A DNA stretch of 64,000 nucleotides, from IMG/VR virus record IMGVR_UViG_3300024346_000012; one strand, 5' to 3'. The stretch is from a virus. The position numbers and the translations under genes are program-made. Positions 32,273 to 41,674 of the stretch are shown one piece after another (the stretch's first letter is position 1; each line of letters starts with the position of its first letter). The notes under the pieces are model-generated. The model saw only the letters and a program-made list of their open reading frames with translations, was not told the DNA's origin and did no database searches.

Positions 32273-33331
32273 TTAAGTTCTCAGTAGTTTTTGGAATTCA
32301 TTATTTACTTGATTAGCCACTTGTGGTTTAAGAATTTTTATACTTCTTAATTTGTTATTCTCTTCTATAAGCCTATCTAAATATGAAACCGGAGTTCCAG
32401 ATTCTGTATCTGGTCTGTTTTTTACGCCACCGGAAGCATTAATTACTAAATCTATATCTCTACCACTACCATCTATATACCTTTGCGGCGCATTATACTG
32501 TACAATATTATTATGAGTAATAAGCGATCTTACTAAATCGTCGTCCCATTGCTTCACATCCGGTTGATCTTTCTGAGAATATATAGTAGTATTTATTGGG
32601 ACGTTAAAGCTAGAAAGTGTAGAAGTAGCAGTAGCTTGAACACCATTAGGAATATTAGGCTCTGAAATAGTTATAGTTGGTGCTGATGTATAACCTTCTC
32701 CGCCAGTGAGAACAGCTATAGACTGCAATGATTCAGAAGTAACTACTTCAGTTCCATCAATGTAAGTCATTACGGCCTGACCAGTTGCACCGCTACCTCC
32801 TCCACCGGAAATAGTTATTGTTGGCGGAGATGTATATCCGCTACCTGGATTTGTTATATTAATAACCTTTACGTCTATAATAGGTTTTATAACTATCTGA
32901 CCTAGGTCATAGCTTTTTTCTAGAATTCTACCTTTAAAGAGCGTTCCGAATTCATCAAAATTTACTCGGTCAGCTACTATATCTCCAATATAAAATTCAC
33001 CGTGCATAGTAGCGTCTGATCTAATAACTGTGTTGGGATAGTATACTTTAGCGTAATCATATACTTCAGCACTACTCATAGGCCAACCTTGGTATCTTAA
33101 AGTATGATTAAGTAGAAAGAAAGTCCAATACAAATTAGCTGTTTGATATAGTTCGTATGAAAGGACGTCTGGTCTTACTCCGTCTTGAATAAAAGTCGTT
33201 TCATAAAAAGAACCGTCGTTAGCTATTTGATCGATGATATCTATGTATGTGGTTAAATCCTGAAATAAAGCTGAAGCATTTTCTTCACCGAATCGGTAGT
33301 TTGTAATTGGAAAATTTCTAAAGAATGGCAT
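32273..33331 (-). CDS. gp53: Baseplate wedge subunit with inserted GSGYTSxP repeats
   Basis: MPFFRNFP...RPDVLSYELY...YWTFFLLN...WP; C-terminal EENNKLRSIKILKP. Confidence 0.85.
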   Translation of the reverse strand: MPFFRNFPITNYRFGEENASALFQDLTTYIDIIDQIANDGSFYETTFIQDGVRPDVLSYELYQTANLYWTFFLLNHTLRYQGWPMSSAEVYDYAKVYYPNTVIRSDATMHGEFYIGDIVADRVNFDEFGTLFKGRILEKSYDLGQIVIKPIIDVKVINITNPGSGYTSPPTITISGGGGSGATGQAVMTYIDGTEVVTSESLQSIAVLTGGEGYTSAPTITISEPNIPNGVQATATSTLSSFNVPINTTIYSQKDQPDVKQWDDDLVRSLITHNNIVQYNAPQRYIDGSGRDIDLVINASGGVKNRPDTESGTPVSYLDRLIEENNKLRSIKILKPQVANQVNNEFQKLLRT

Positions 33332-33332
33332 A

Positions 33333-34367
33333 TTATCCGGCTCCTGCTGATATTAGGTAATCGTTTGATAGCTCATCCACTTCGTTTAAAATATCCTTTT
33401 TAGTAAGAGCTCTTTCTTCTATGAAGGAAAGAGAAATATCTGTTTCTTGAAAATTACCATCTGAGTGAAATGACATACCAGTAGAGTTATAACTAACATC
33501 AACATTAGCCAGAAACGAAGGAAGTATTTTTGTTGCGATTCTCTTATTAGCATAAAACATTTTAATTCTAAACTTGCTAGGAAATCTTAGAGCTAAATCG
33601 ATTCCTTCGTTTGAAGTATCTGGATACATTTCTTCTCTAAAAAACTGAACTATGCTTTTAACTTCTTCGGCTTCTCTTTGTGATGTTGGAATCATTTTAA
33701 AAGCAAATCTAAATTGTCTAACTCCAACCCCTCGTAGAGATGATCTTCTGTTGGGATTCATCGAAATTCCTGTCGATGTTTCAACAGCGCCTTGAAGCTC
33801 TGGGCTCAGTCCTTTTGCAAGTCTTAAGGATGCAATTTGAGCAGCTTCTGATCTAAGACCTCTACCCGCTAAATCTGACAAACCACCAAGACCAGTAGCT
33901 TGAGAAATAGTGTCTTTCATAGCAGCATTCGGATCGCTTATTAACCTTGCGGCGCCTGAACCAAGAGCCCCTAAATCTACGTTTGTATATTCTATATTAT
34001 CTTGAAACTGTAAGGCAGAAGGAAGATATAGCGTAGCCTTTCTTCCGCTTGCCACTCTAGCAGCAGCAGACCCGCGTCTCGGTTCGTTCGTTCCTCTAAA
34101 ATTTACAAGAGCTTCCTTAGCCTCTTTGGCTTTATTAGAACCGTCATTTCCTATTAAACCACTAAGTAAACCCGCTGCGTCTTCTACTACTCCATTGCTA
34201 TTATCACTAATAATCTTAGCTGCTGCTGACGTACCATCGACGAATGCGTTAAAGGCCGTTTGAGGTAAAGTCTTGTAGTTTTCACCGAAGGCTTCAAAAA
34301 CTATTCTACCCTGATAGCCTTCGTCCTCGATGGGAAACTTAAAGTTTCTTTTATTTTTATATGACAT
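33333..34367 (-). CDS. gp48: Baseplate tail-tube cap
   Basis: LYLP, NP...RQFRFAFKMIPTSQREAEEVKSIVQFFR, LSFIE motifs. Confidence 0.8.
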   Translation of the reverse strand: MSYKNKRNFKFPIEDEGYQGRIVFEAFGENYKTLPQTAFNAFVDGTSAAAKIISDNSNGVVEDAAGLLSGLIGNDGSNKAKEAKEALVNFRGTNEPRRGSAAARVASGRKATLYLPSALQFQDNIEYTNVDLGALGSGAARLISDPNAAMKDTISQATGLGGLSDLAGRGLRSEAAQIASLRLAKGLSPELQGAVETSTGISMNPNRRSSLRGVGVRQFRFAFKMIPTSQREAEEVKSIVQFFREEMYPDTSNEGIDLALRFPSKFRIKMFYANKRIATKILPSFLANVDVSYNSTGMSFHSDGNFQETDISLSFIEERALTKKDILNEVDELSNDYLISAGAG

Positions 34368-34400
34368 AAGGAGTCCTTGATAAATATATAAAGTTTACAT

Positions 34401-34408
34401 TATTTATA
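34401..34408 (-). promoter_or_regulatory. Late promoter TATAAATA in the divergent gp48/gp4 intergenic region
   Basis: Exact minus-strand match; a variant GATAAATA at ~34379 on + could serve gp4. Confidence 0.75.
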
Positions 34409-34417
34409 AAGGTATCT

Positions 34418-34915
34418 ATGGCATATTCAGGTAAGTATAAGGTTAAAAACAGATCTAAATACAAAGGTAACCCCGATGGTGTAGTATTTAGGTCATTATG
34501 GGAAAGAAATGCCTTTAAATGGTGCGATGATTCGCGTGATATAAAGTATTGGTCAAGTGAAGAGGTTGTAATACCGTATTTCTATGAAGTTGATAAAAAG
34601 TACCATAGATACTTTATGGACCTTAAATTGACCTATAACAACGGTAAGACTGTGCTGGTTGAAATAAAACCAAATAAAGAAACAGCTCCTCCTAAGTTTA
34701 GTGGACGAAAAACCAAGAGATATATCAATGAAGGCATGACGTATGTTAAAAACGTAAATAAGTGGAAAGCAGCGCAAAGCTATGCTGCTGATAGAGGTTG
34801 GGCATTTCAGATATGGACTGAAAATGAATTAGGAGCTATGGGCATACTACCTCAGCCTAAGAAAAAGATTAAACCGTTAAAGCCACTTCGGAAGCCCAAA
34901 AACACATATAAATAA
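34418..34915 (+). CDS. gp4: Head completion nuclease
   Basis: KYKGNP...RSLWER...WSSEE...HRYFMD...VEIKP...NKWKAA. Confidence 0.92.
   Translation: MAYSGKYKVKNRSKYKGNPDGVVFRSLWERNAFKWCDDSRDIKYWSSEEVVIPYFYEVDKKYHRYFMDLKLTYNNGKTVLVEIKPNKETAPPKFSGRKTKRYINEGMTYVKNVNKWKAAQSYAADRGWAFQIWTENELGAMGILPQPKKKIKPLKPLRKPKNTYK
34907..34914 (+). promoter_or_regulatory. Late promoter TATAAATA
   Basis: Exact match immediately upstream of the gp2 start. Confidence 0.7.
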
Positions 34916-34919
34916 CGAT

Positions 34920-35504
34920 ATGGCAGATTTATTTAAGAATTTAGAAATAGAAGCTTTTAGAGCTGGAATTACACCTAGAACGCAAGAGTCTAGAGAGTGG
35001 TTCCGTAAAAAACTTACGCGTATTCGTAGGGTTAATCGTAATGAAATATTGAAAGATGATTCTCTTAATTTGGCTAACCGTCAATTAGTAGGATCTATGC
35101 AGATGTTTTTCTACGACGCTAAGAACAAAAAAACTTTGCCGTACTATGACGCGTTTCCTTTGACAATTGTTATAGGTCCGGCAGAAGGAGGATTCTTAGG
35201 ATTAAACCTACATTATTTGCCTCCTGCTCTTAGAGCTAAGTTTTTAGATGCGCTAATGGACATTACAAATAATAAAAAATATGATGACTCAACAAGATTT
35301 AGTGTAACATATAACACTTTAAAAAGAGCTGCAAAATATAAGTATTTTAAGCCTTGTGTAAAACATTACCTATCACAGCAAGTAAGAAGTAGATTCGCAA
35401 GAGTGCCAGCACCGGAATGGGAAATTGCAACGTTTCTACCTACGGCTAGCTGGCAAAAGGGTAATGGTACTCAAGTATATAAAGACTCTAGAGGAATGAT
35501 TTAA
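34920..35504 (+). CDS. gp2: DNA end protector protein
   Basis: YDAKNKKTLPYYDAFPL...GLNLHYLPP...CVKHYL. Confidence 0.92.
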   Translation: MADLFKNLEIEAFRAGITPRTQESREWFRKKLTRIRRVNRNEILKDDSLNLANRQLVGSMQMFFYDAKNKKTLPYYDAFPLTIVIGPAEGGFLGLNLHYLPPALRAKFLDALMDITNNKKYDDSTRFSVTYNTLKRAAKYKYFKPCVKHYLSQQVRSRFARVPAPEWEIATFLPTASWQKGNGTQVYKDSRGMI

Positions 35505-36223
35505 TGGCTAGTCTCGACCAATTTAAAAGCTTAGTTTCACAAAAAGGTGGTGCTGCCAGAAATAACATCTTTAGAGTAAAGATGCCATCTATACCTGGTG
35601 CTTCTTCATCTGATGTAAATTTACTGTGCAAGGATATAGTTCTTCCTGGAAAGCAGATTCTTACTACTGAAAGAAGAATAGGAATGCAAATACAGAAAGT
35701 TCCGTACGGCTATGCTGTTACAGATATTTCTATGACATTCCACGTTCTTAACGATTATGGTATTAGAAAATATTTTGATACTTGGCAAAGATTAGCCATA
35801 GACCAAAATGGTCAATCAAGTGGTTATTTAAGAGGTCAATCGGGGTATGGAAAGCAAATTGTAATAGAACAACTTAGAAAGGGAATAGGGCTTCCTGTAT
35901 ATTCTACTCCTCTTGGTATTCCTACTTTACCAGCGGAGATTCAGAGTCGCTTACCTAAACTAGGTCCATTTGATTTTGCTCAAGGTCAACTAGACTTAGA
36001 TTTTATTACGAGCGCTGATGTTGTTTATTCGTGCACACTTCAAGATGCATTTCCTACTACGATGAATGATATAAGCCTTAATAACGAACAAAACGGTACT
36101 GTAGAACTAAACGTACAGATGTCGTATACAAAATGGGTTGCAAACGAGGCCGAAGCTACTAGTAATGCAGATAGATTCGTTCAAACGCAAATTGGAACAG
36201 CCTTAGGAAAAATATTTAATTAA
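35504..36223 (+). CDS. Tail tube initiator / gp19-fold protein (gp54-like)
   Basis: GGAARNNIF...LPG...PYG...DAFP...V.MSY motifs. Confidence 0.7.
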   Translation: MASLDQFKSLVSQKGGAARNNIFRVKMPSIPGASSSDVNLLCKDIVLPGKQILTTERRIGMQIQKVPYGYAVTDISMTFHVLNDYGIRKYFDTWQRLAIDQNGQSSGYLRGQSGYGKQIVIEQLRKGIGLPVYSTPLGIPTLPAEIQSRLPKLGPFDFAQGQLDLDFITSADVVYSCTLQDAFPTTMNDISLNNEQNGTVELNVQMSYTKWVANEAEATSNADRFVQTQIGTALGKIFN

Positions 36224-36236
36224 AGGATGAATTGAA

Positions 36237-36944
36237 ATGGCACTACCTAAACTAAATGATAAACCAAAATATGAACTTGTAATACCTTCAACAGGACAGA
36301 CCGTAAGATTTAGGCCTTATCTTGTAAAAGAAGAAAAGGTACTAATGATGGCAATGGAAAGCGAAGATCAGGTATCTATGTTCTCTGCCATTGTTGACAC
36401 AATCGAGGCTTGTGTTGATGGAGATATCAACAAGCAAGCTCTCGCTAGTTTTGACGTAGAATATATGTTCGTTAAGATTAGATCAAAGTCTGTAGGAGAA
36501 AGTATAACTATTTCTCCAGAATGCAACCAGTGTGAAGAAAGAAATGAATTAAAAATAAGTCTAGATACACTAGATGTAAAAAAACCAGATGCAGCTAGCA
36601 TCATTGAATTGAATGAAGATATTAGTATTCAAATGAAATATCCGTCATACCTTAGTATGTTAGATAAGGATATCTTAGAATCTAAGTCTACTACTCACCA
36701 GACATTTGCTATGATTTTAAAGTGTATTGAAAGTGTAATGACCGAAGACGAAAATATGGCATTTAAAGATGAGACTCGCGAATCACAAATGGAGTTTATT
36801 GAATCATTAAGCTCAGAACAATTTGATTCGATTCGTAAGTTCATTGAATCTATGCCTCAAATATCACATGATGCCTCTTACACCTGTAAGAGCTGTGGCC
36901 ACAAAAATGATTTATTACTAAAAGGCATGTCTGATTTTTTTTAG
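36237..36944 (+). CDS. gp26: Baseplate hub assembly protein
   Basis: MALPKL...RPYLVKEEK...FDVEYMFVKIRSKSVGE; CxxC pairs; ends DFF. Confidence 0.9.
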   Translation: MALPKLNDKPKYELVIPSTGQTVRFRPYLVKEEKVLMMAMESEDQVSMFSAIVDTIEACVDGDINKQALASFDVEYMFVKIRSKSVGESITISPECNQCEERNELKISLDTLDVKKPDAASIIELNEDISIQMKYPSYLSMLDKDILESKSTTHQTFAMILKCIESVMTEDENMAFKDETRESQMEFIESLSSEQFDSIRKFIESMPQISHDASYTCKSCGHKNDLLLKGMSDFF

Positions 36945-37138
36945 TGTCTCTTTCTCATGATACACTCGTTAATTATTACCAAGTGAATTTTCAGCTGATA
37001 CAAAACCATAATTATTCTTTAGCTGAAGTTGAAAATATGATACCGTGGGAGAGAGAAATATACTTATCTATGTTACTGGATCAGATAAAAGAACAACAAA
37101 AAGAAGCTGAAAGGCAAAAGATGTCAAATGGCAGATGA
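36944..37138 (+). CDS. gp51: Baseplate hub assembly catalyst (gp51-like); possibly expressed by -1 frameshift from gp26
   Basis: LVNYYQVNFQLIQNHNYSLAEVENMIPWEREIY. Confidence 0.8.
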   Translation: MSLSHDTLVNYYQVNFQLIQNHNYSLAEVENMIPWEREIYLSMLLDQIKEQQKEAERQKMSNGR

Positions 37139-38987
37139 TTTTAAAGATTTCCAAAAGATTATTAAGGCTTTGGCCGGTAATAGAGATTTGCTTTTAGCGC
37201 AAGAAGAAACGACTGATGCTATAGAAAAGCTTAACGCTACTATGGCAAATCATTTCGAATATCTTAAACGGCAAGAGAAAGATAAACGAGAAGAAAAGCT
37301 AGAGACTAGTAAAGCTAAAAATCAGCAACAGCAGCAGGCTGGTGGAAGCGTTACAAACAATAATAGTAAGATTGGCTTATTAGGTCTTTTTGGAGGAATG
37401 AAAGGCATAGGAGCAATGCTCCTTCCTCTCACTGCAGGAATTGCGGCAGTAGCGGCAGCTTTTGCTGGTCTTAGAGGATGGGAACTCTCTGCCATTAAAA
37501 AAATAAATAGCATGGTAAAAGTACCATTAACTATGAGTAATGGCCTCATAAGAATGAGGAATGCAGCTTTTGCCATGTTTGGGCTGACTCCTGAAGGTCT
37601 TTTAACACGCGATGCAAAGGGAAGGTTTCAAAAAGCCGCACCTATAACAACTCAAATTGGAATGAGAATGAATGCTCTAAGAATTAGGGCATTAAGAATG
37701 TTTGGTATTGGTGCGGATGGGAAGTTACTAGCAATTAAAGGCGGTGATGGCCTATTTAAAAAGAATATAATTGGTAGAGTAACATTTCAAATTGGCAGAA
37801 TCTTAAGACCACTTGTTGCCGTTTCAGAGGGCGTGGCGAAGTTTGCTACTAGTAAGGCAGGGGCTTTCTTAAAAACAATAACATCATTTGGCGGAAAGTT
37901 TGGCGCATTATTCGCAAAGATCCTATGGCCTATTGGATTTATCGTAAGTTTATTTGATGGCGTAAAAGCTTACCAAGAATCAGATGCGGATGGCCTTATA
38001 GGAAAACTTGGAGATGGTGTTGGCGGTTTCTTAGGTTCATTGATTGGTGCTCCATTCGATTTGCTCAAGAAGGGGATCTCATGGGTAATCAAAAAGCTAT
38101 TTGGTGTAGAAACTGATGCTGATGGTAAGGTGAAAGAAGGTCAGGGTATGGCTGGTTGGGTCGTAAAACAACTCGAATCATTTAGCTTTGAAGAAACTAT
38201 AAAAAAGATAACCAGCGGAATATTTGGTGTTGTTGAAGGTGCCATAGAGTGGGTTAAACTTTTATTCTCAGATCCAAAAGAGGCTCTTACAACTGCTTTC
38301 ACTAATTTGCTATCCGCGTTAGGTTTTGCTGGAAAAACTTACTTAGATATTTTGTTTTTTCCAATCAACGCAGTTGTGCGATGGGCCAGTAAAATGTTTG
38401 GTTGGGATGATAAAGAATTGGAGGAGTTTAACTTAAGAGAAACAATCACAGGTTGGGTGAGTGATTTCTTTAATTGGTTAGGAGGCTTTTTACCAAATAT
38501 TTCAAAGCTAGCATCAGATTTAACTGCATCTATTACTGGCTTGTTACCTGATTGGCTGGTAGAAAGTTTAGGTCTTGCAAGGTCAAATGCATCTGTAGAA
38601 GAAATAGCTGCGGCCGCTAATAAAAAATCTACGAGAGAAAGCGACCTAATACAAGCTATATTAAAAGCAGATGCAAATGGTGATGGGATATTAACAAAAA
38701 AAGAAGCTTTAAGTTTTGACAAGTTTGGAATGGGAAAAAACTCTGAACTTGCTAAGAATATAAATGAATTAGATAAACTGAGAGGCGGAACGATCGGGCA
38801 GGCCGGAAATCTAATGCAAGGTTACTCGCTGACAATAAACAATGTTGATAACTCTAGTATACAAACTGCTCCAGCTACAGCACAAGCAGCGCCCTTTTCT
38901 GTTGAGGCCACTGGCTCTATTGATGAACATAGTGCTAAAAAACTTACGATGCGTGATTTTATTGTAGGCAACGGTCTTATACAATAA
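37128..38987 (+). CDS. Putative tape measure protein (gp29-like)
   Basis: 619 aa, helical G/A/L/F-rich, directly after gp26/gp51; size similar to T4 gp29. Confidence 0.6.
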   Translation: MADDFKDFQKIIKALAGNRDLLLAQEETTDAIEKLNATMANHFEYLKRQEKDKREEKLETSKAKNQQQQQAGGSVTNNNSKIGLLGLFGGMKGIGAMLLPLTAGIAAVAAAFAGLRGWELSAIKKINSMVKVPLTMSNGLIRMRNAAFAMFGLTPEGLLTRDAKGRFQKAAPITTQIGMRMNALRIRALRMFGIGADGKLLAIKGGDGLFKKNIIGRVTFQIGRILRPLVAVSEGVAKFATSKAGAFLKTITSFGGKFGALFAKILWPIGFIVSLFDGVKAYQESDADGLIGKLGDGVGGFLGSLIGAPFDLLKKGISWVIKKLFGVETDADGKVKEGQGMAGWVVKQLESFSFEETIKKITSGIFGVVEGAIEWVKLLFSDPKEALTTAFTNLLSALGFAGKTYLDILFFPINAVVRWASKMFGWDDKELEEFNLRETITGWVSDFFNWLGGFLPNISKLASDLTASITGLLPDWLVESLGLARSNASVEEIAAAANKKSTRESDLIQAILKADANGDGILTKKEALSFDKFGMGKNSELAKNINELDKLRGGTIGQAGNLMQGYSLTINNVDNSSIQTAPATAQAAPFSVEATGSIDEHSAKKLTMRDFIVGNGLIQ

Positions 38988-39025
38988 TAAAAAGTGGCTG
39001 AGGGCAGCATTAGCCGCCCTCAGTT
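38987..39025 (-). terminator. Intrinsic terminator between convergent gp29-like and gp32 genes
   Basis: Minus strand: ctgagggcggc-taat-gctgccctcag hairpin followed by a T-rich tract. Confidence 0.8.
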
Positions 39026-39030
39026 ATTAG

Positions 39031-39951
39031 TTAATCTTCTGCTGCAAGCTTAGCGAAATACGATAAAGTATCATCACTTTCAGCAACTTCAGCTGCAGAA
39101 GGAGGTGGCGCGCTAGGAGCACTAGGCGGAGTATGAGATTTAAAATCACTGATTGGCATACTATTATCAAGAGACTCCATTACCTTTGCATTCATAGGCA
39201 TTGAAGACTCGCCAAGAACCAAAGCGAGACGTGACTTAAGTTCGTCATACGATTTAAAGTTTTTAGCATCAGTCCATTCAGTCATTTCGTGTTGCTTCTC
39301 ATAGATGGTTTCTTTCTTTTTATCATCTCCAGCACATAGTTCTGTTGATGGTTTAAAAGATGAAGCATCATAGTTTGGATAACCTTCAACCTTACGAATC
39401 TTTAATGTAAAGTCTGCACCTTCCCACATATCGAATGGGTTGACTGGTGCTTCGTCAGGAAACTGAGGTTGCATGCTATCCATAATCTTATCAAAGATTT
39501 TCTTACCAAAGCGATAAAGTTTAACTTGACCTTCATTCTCCGGATTTGCAGGATCTGCAATAACAAGTACGTTTGCAATATAACGTAGATTACGCTTACG
39601 CTCACGTACGGTACGTTTGGCTTCGTCAGAGCCATCTTCATTCCATAGCTTGCTATTACTTTCGGATAGTGGATCCTGTTGACCAATAGATGTAAGAGAT
39701 TTCTCAATGTACCATTGACCTGTTGGGCCTTTGAAGAAGTGATCCCAATACCGAACCCATGGTGTTGGGGCTTCTGCGTCTCCTGGTAGGAAACGAATTA
39801 CAGCATAACCATTACCAGCCTTATCACGAGTAGGTGTCCAGAACCGAGGATCCTCTGACATTTTTGTGCTTTGTTGGGTATTATTCTCTTGGGCCTGACT
39901 AATCAAGCTGCTGAGATCTGTACGGTTACGTTTTAGTGCTGCGAACGACAT
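39031..39951 (-). CDS. gp32: Single-stranded DNA-binding protein
   Basis: DPRFW...DKAGNGYAVIRFLP, FGKKIFDKI, NYDASSF; acidic tail LSYFAKLAAED. Confidence 0.95.
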   Translation of the reverse strand: MSFAALKRNRTDLSSLISQAQENNTQQSTKMSEDPRFWTPTRDKAGNGYAVIRFLPGDAEAPTPWVRYWDHFFKGPTGQWYIEKSLTSIGQQDPLSESNSKLWNEDGSDEAKRTVRERKRNLRYIANVLVIADPANPENEGQVKLYRFGKKIFDKIMDSMQPQFPDEAPVNPFDMWEGADFTLKIRKVEGYPNYDASSFKPSTELCAGDDKKKETIYEKQHEMTEWTDAKNFKSYDELKSRLALVLGESSMPMNAKVMESLDNSMPISDFKSHTPPSAPSAPPPSAAEVAESDDTLSYFAKLAAED

Positions 39952-40006
39952 ATGTATTTTCCTTATATGTTAATATGTATTTTTTATCCACTGTATTCAT
40001 AATAAT

Positions 40007-40035
40007 ATTCTACCACAATTTACTCAAAAGGTAAA
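40007..40035 (-). promoter_or_regulatory. Early-type promoter for gp32
   Basis: (G)TTTACC-N17-TAGAAT. Confidence 0.65.
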
Positions 40036-40262
40036 CTGTTTTGTCGAGGCAAGTAGTTTAAATTCATTGCTTCTGCCTCTAACTTTGTCTTTATGATAGG
40101 AGATATGAATTTCTTCACGTCCTCTAAATCGACATCGTTTTTGTCACACAACCAAATGATTGCGTCCATGTAGGAAGACTTATGAGACTTAACTGTCTTT
40201 TCTATTAGTCTTCCGAACTCGCTTTTTGTTAGGAATTGGGCTGGTTGCTTTTGCTGTTCCAT
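40020..40262 (-). CDS. gp33: Late transcription coactivator
   Basis: FGRLIE...SYMDAI...IKTKLEAEAMNLNYL; start reassigned to ATG 40262. Confidence 0.85.
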   Translation of the reverse strand: MEQQKQPAQFLTKSEFGRLIEKTVKSHKSSYMDAIIWLCDKNDVDLEDVKKFISPIIKTKLEAEAMNLNYLPRQNSLPFE

Positions 40263-40791
40263 AGTCTTGATCTGCCATTTCGTTTGTATACTCTTCTCCA
40301 ATATCAGCATAAAATACTCCAACTGTTCGTTTAGGTGTGCCGTCTGCGTGGTATGCCATAGCTACAGAACGGTAACGGATTTTGCCTTGTTTTTCATTGC
40401 CAAAGCGATGATCGCGGTATATCCCATCATTGAGATACTTTTGCAAGTTAAAAACATATGCCTCAGTATCCCAATACTGCTGTCGTAGAGCAGAATCTTT
40501 ACTGTCTTTCTGGGGCTTTATAGACCTCAGCATATCCTTTTGTTCTTTTAGCCACTCTTTAACTTTAGTAGGTGATAACTTGTCACTATCTGGCAAGTTG
40601 CGGATTGATTCGTGTATCGAAAGGTGCTTAGCAGGACCACGAGCTTCTCTTGCTTTAGCCATACGATCAACTAATACTGCTTTTTGCTCTGGTGTAAGAG
40701 TACGCTTTTTACGCGTTTTTTTAACCGGCTTGACAGTTGAGGTTTTAGAGAATTCTTCGCGCATTTGATTCAGTTTAGATTTACGGGCCAC
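40189..40791 (-). CDS. Hypothetical basic protein upstream of gp33
   Basis: GTG start with AAGGAG SD, downstream of an early promoter. Confidence 0.7.
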   Translation of the reverse strand: MARKSKLNQMREEFSKTSTVKPVKKTRKKRTLTPEQKAVLVDRMAKAREARGPAKHLSIHESIRNLPDSDKLSPTKVKEWLKEQKDMLRSIKPQKDSKDSALRQQYWDTEAYVFNLQKYLNDGIYRDHRFGNEKQGKIRYRSVAMAYHADGTPKRTVGVFYADIGEEYTNEMADQDYGTAKATSPIPNKKRVRKTNRKDS

Positions 40792-40817
40792 ATTGATCTC
40801 CTTCATAATATACTACT

Positions 40818-40846
40818 ATTCTACCACATCGTGATAGTAATGTACA
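40818..40846 (-). promoter_or_regulatory. Early promoter TGTACA-N17-TAGAAT
   Basis: Member of a repeated promoter family with exact 17 nt spacing. Confidence 0.8.
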
Positions 40847-40870
40847 CGTTTTCTTTTTGTTAGATATCAA

Positions 40871-41092
40871 TTAGTTATGATTTTTTTCATCGATGGTCAA
40901 TATTTCTATATCACCGTTTTCGTCACGCTTCCATCGAATGAAGTTTTCGTGTATAAGATAAGTTATAGTACTGTCTATTACTTCTTCTTGAGACTTACTT
41001 CCTCTTATCTTACCTATAGCGTACCAGCATATGCAAGACCCGAGTAGTGTTAGCCATAGGCCAGTTTCAGAGGAAATATAATCTTGATACAT
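40871..41092 (-). CDS. Small membrane protein, hypothetical
   Basis: ATG 41092 with AAGGAG SD; one hydrophobic segment. Confidence 0.6.
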   Translation of the reverse strand: MYQDYISSETGLWLTLLGSCICWYAIGKIRGSKSQEEVIDSTITYLIHENFIRWKRDENGDIEILTIDEKNHN

Positions 41093-41120
41093 AAAAACTC
41101 CTTTGTACGGTATATTTATA

Positions 41121-41387
41121 CTAGGTAAAAGAGATAACATTTGCCACACGGAAAGAGCGATACTCAGATTTTTCTTGATCAAATGCTACTATTACTTCTT
41201 CATTAATAGCTCTAACTTTTTTCTGAGTAAGTGGCTCATCTTTCTTAGCATCTGGCAAAACATCTGCCATAAGAGTGCAAGTCATATCACGCTCTTCACC
41301 GTTTACTTTTTTAAATATGACACGGCAAACTCGCTCTTTGAGCTGAGCAACCATGTATTCACGAGAACTTGAATCAATTTCATTCAT
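41121..41387 (-). CDS. Sm-like/SH3 (WYL_2-like) protein
   Basis: VIFKKVNGEERDMTCTL...FD..KSEYRSFR motif common in T4-like phages. Confidence 0.75.
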   Translation of the reverse strand: MNEIDSSSREYMVAQLKERVCRVIFKKVNGEERDMTCTLMADVLPDAKKDEPLTQKKVRAINEEVIVAFDQEKSEYRSFRVANVISFT

Positions 41388-41538
41388 TATCTATAATCTT
41401 TCCTGCTTTGCGGAATCGTTTATTATATCCGCGTTTAATTTTTTTAATTTGCCCTCTGCTCCACATAAAAAATTTACGTGAACGTTTAGTTAGAGCATCG
41501 TATTCATCTCCTCCCTTCATGGGGATTCTTTTAGCCAT
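41380..41538 (-). CDS. Small basic protein (52 aa)
   Basis: Manual translation MAKRIPMKGGDEYDALTKRSRKFFMWSRGQIKKIKRGYNKRFRKAGKIIDNE; overlaps both neighbours. Confidence 0.65.
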   Translation of the reverse strand: MAKRIPMKGGDEYDALTKRSRKFFMWSRGQIKKIKRGYNKRFRKAGKIIDNE

Positions 41539-41672
41539 TACACCATTTCCAGATAGCAATAGCCGAACTCTAACCGAGACGAGTGAGAGTCTAGCTCGAT
41601 CTTGACTTGTTTAAGCCTACGAGCAACTGCAGGCCCTGGCTGACCCTGTGCATTTAATTTAAGTGCCCACAT
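41538..41672 (-). CDS. Small hypothetical protein (44 aa)
   Basis: MWALKLNAQG...; GAGGAG SD; TAATG coupling to the next ORF. Confidence 0.5.
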   Translation of the reverse strand: MWALKLNAQGQPGPAVARRLKQVKIELDSHSSRLEFGYCYLEMV

Positions 41673-41674
41673 TA

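Noticed and set aside
41380-41538. Possible frameshift in the small basic ORF at the AAATTTTTT run
   Set aside because: Recount shows six T, so the frame is intact
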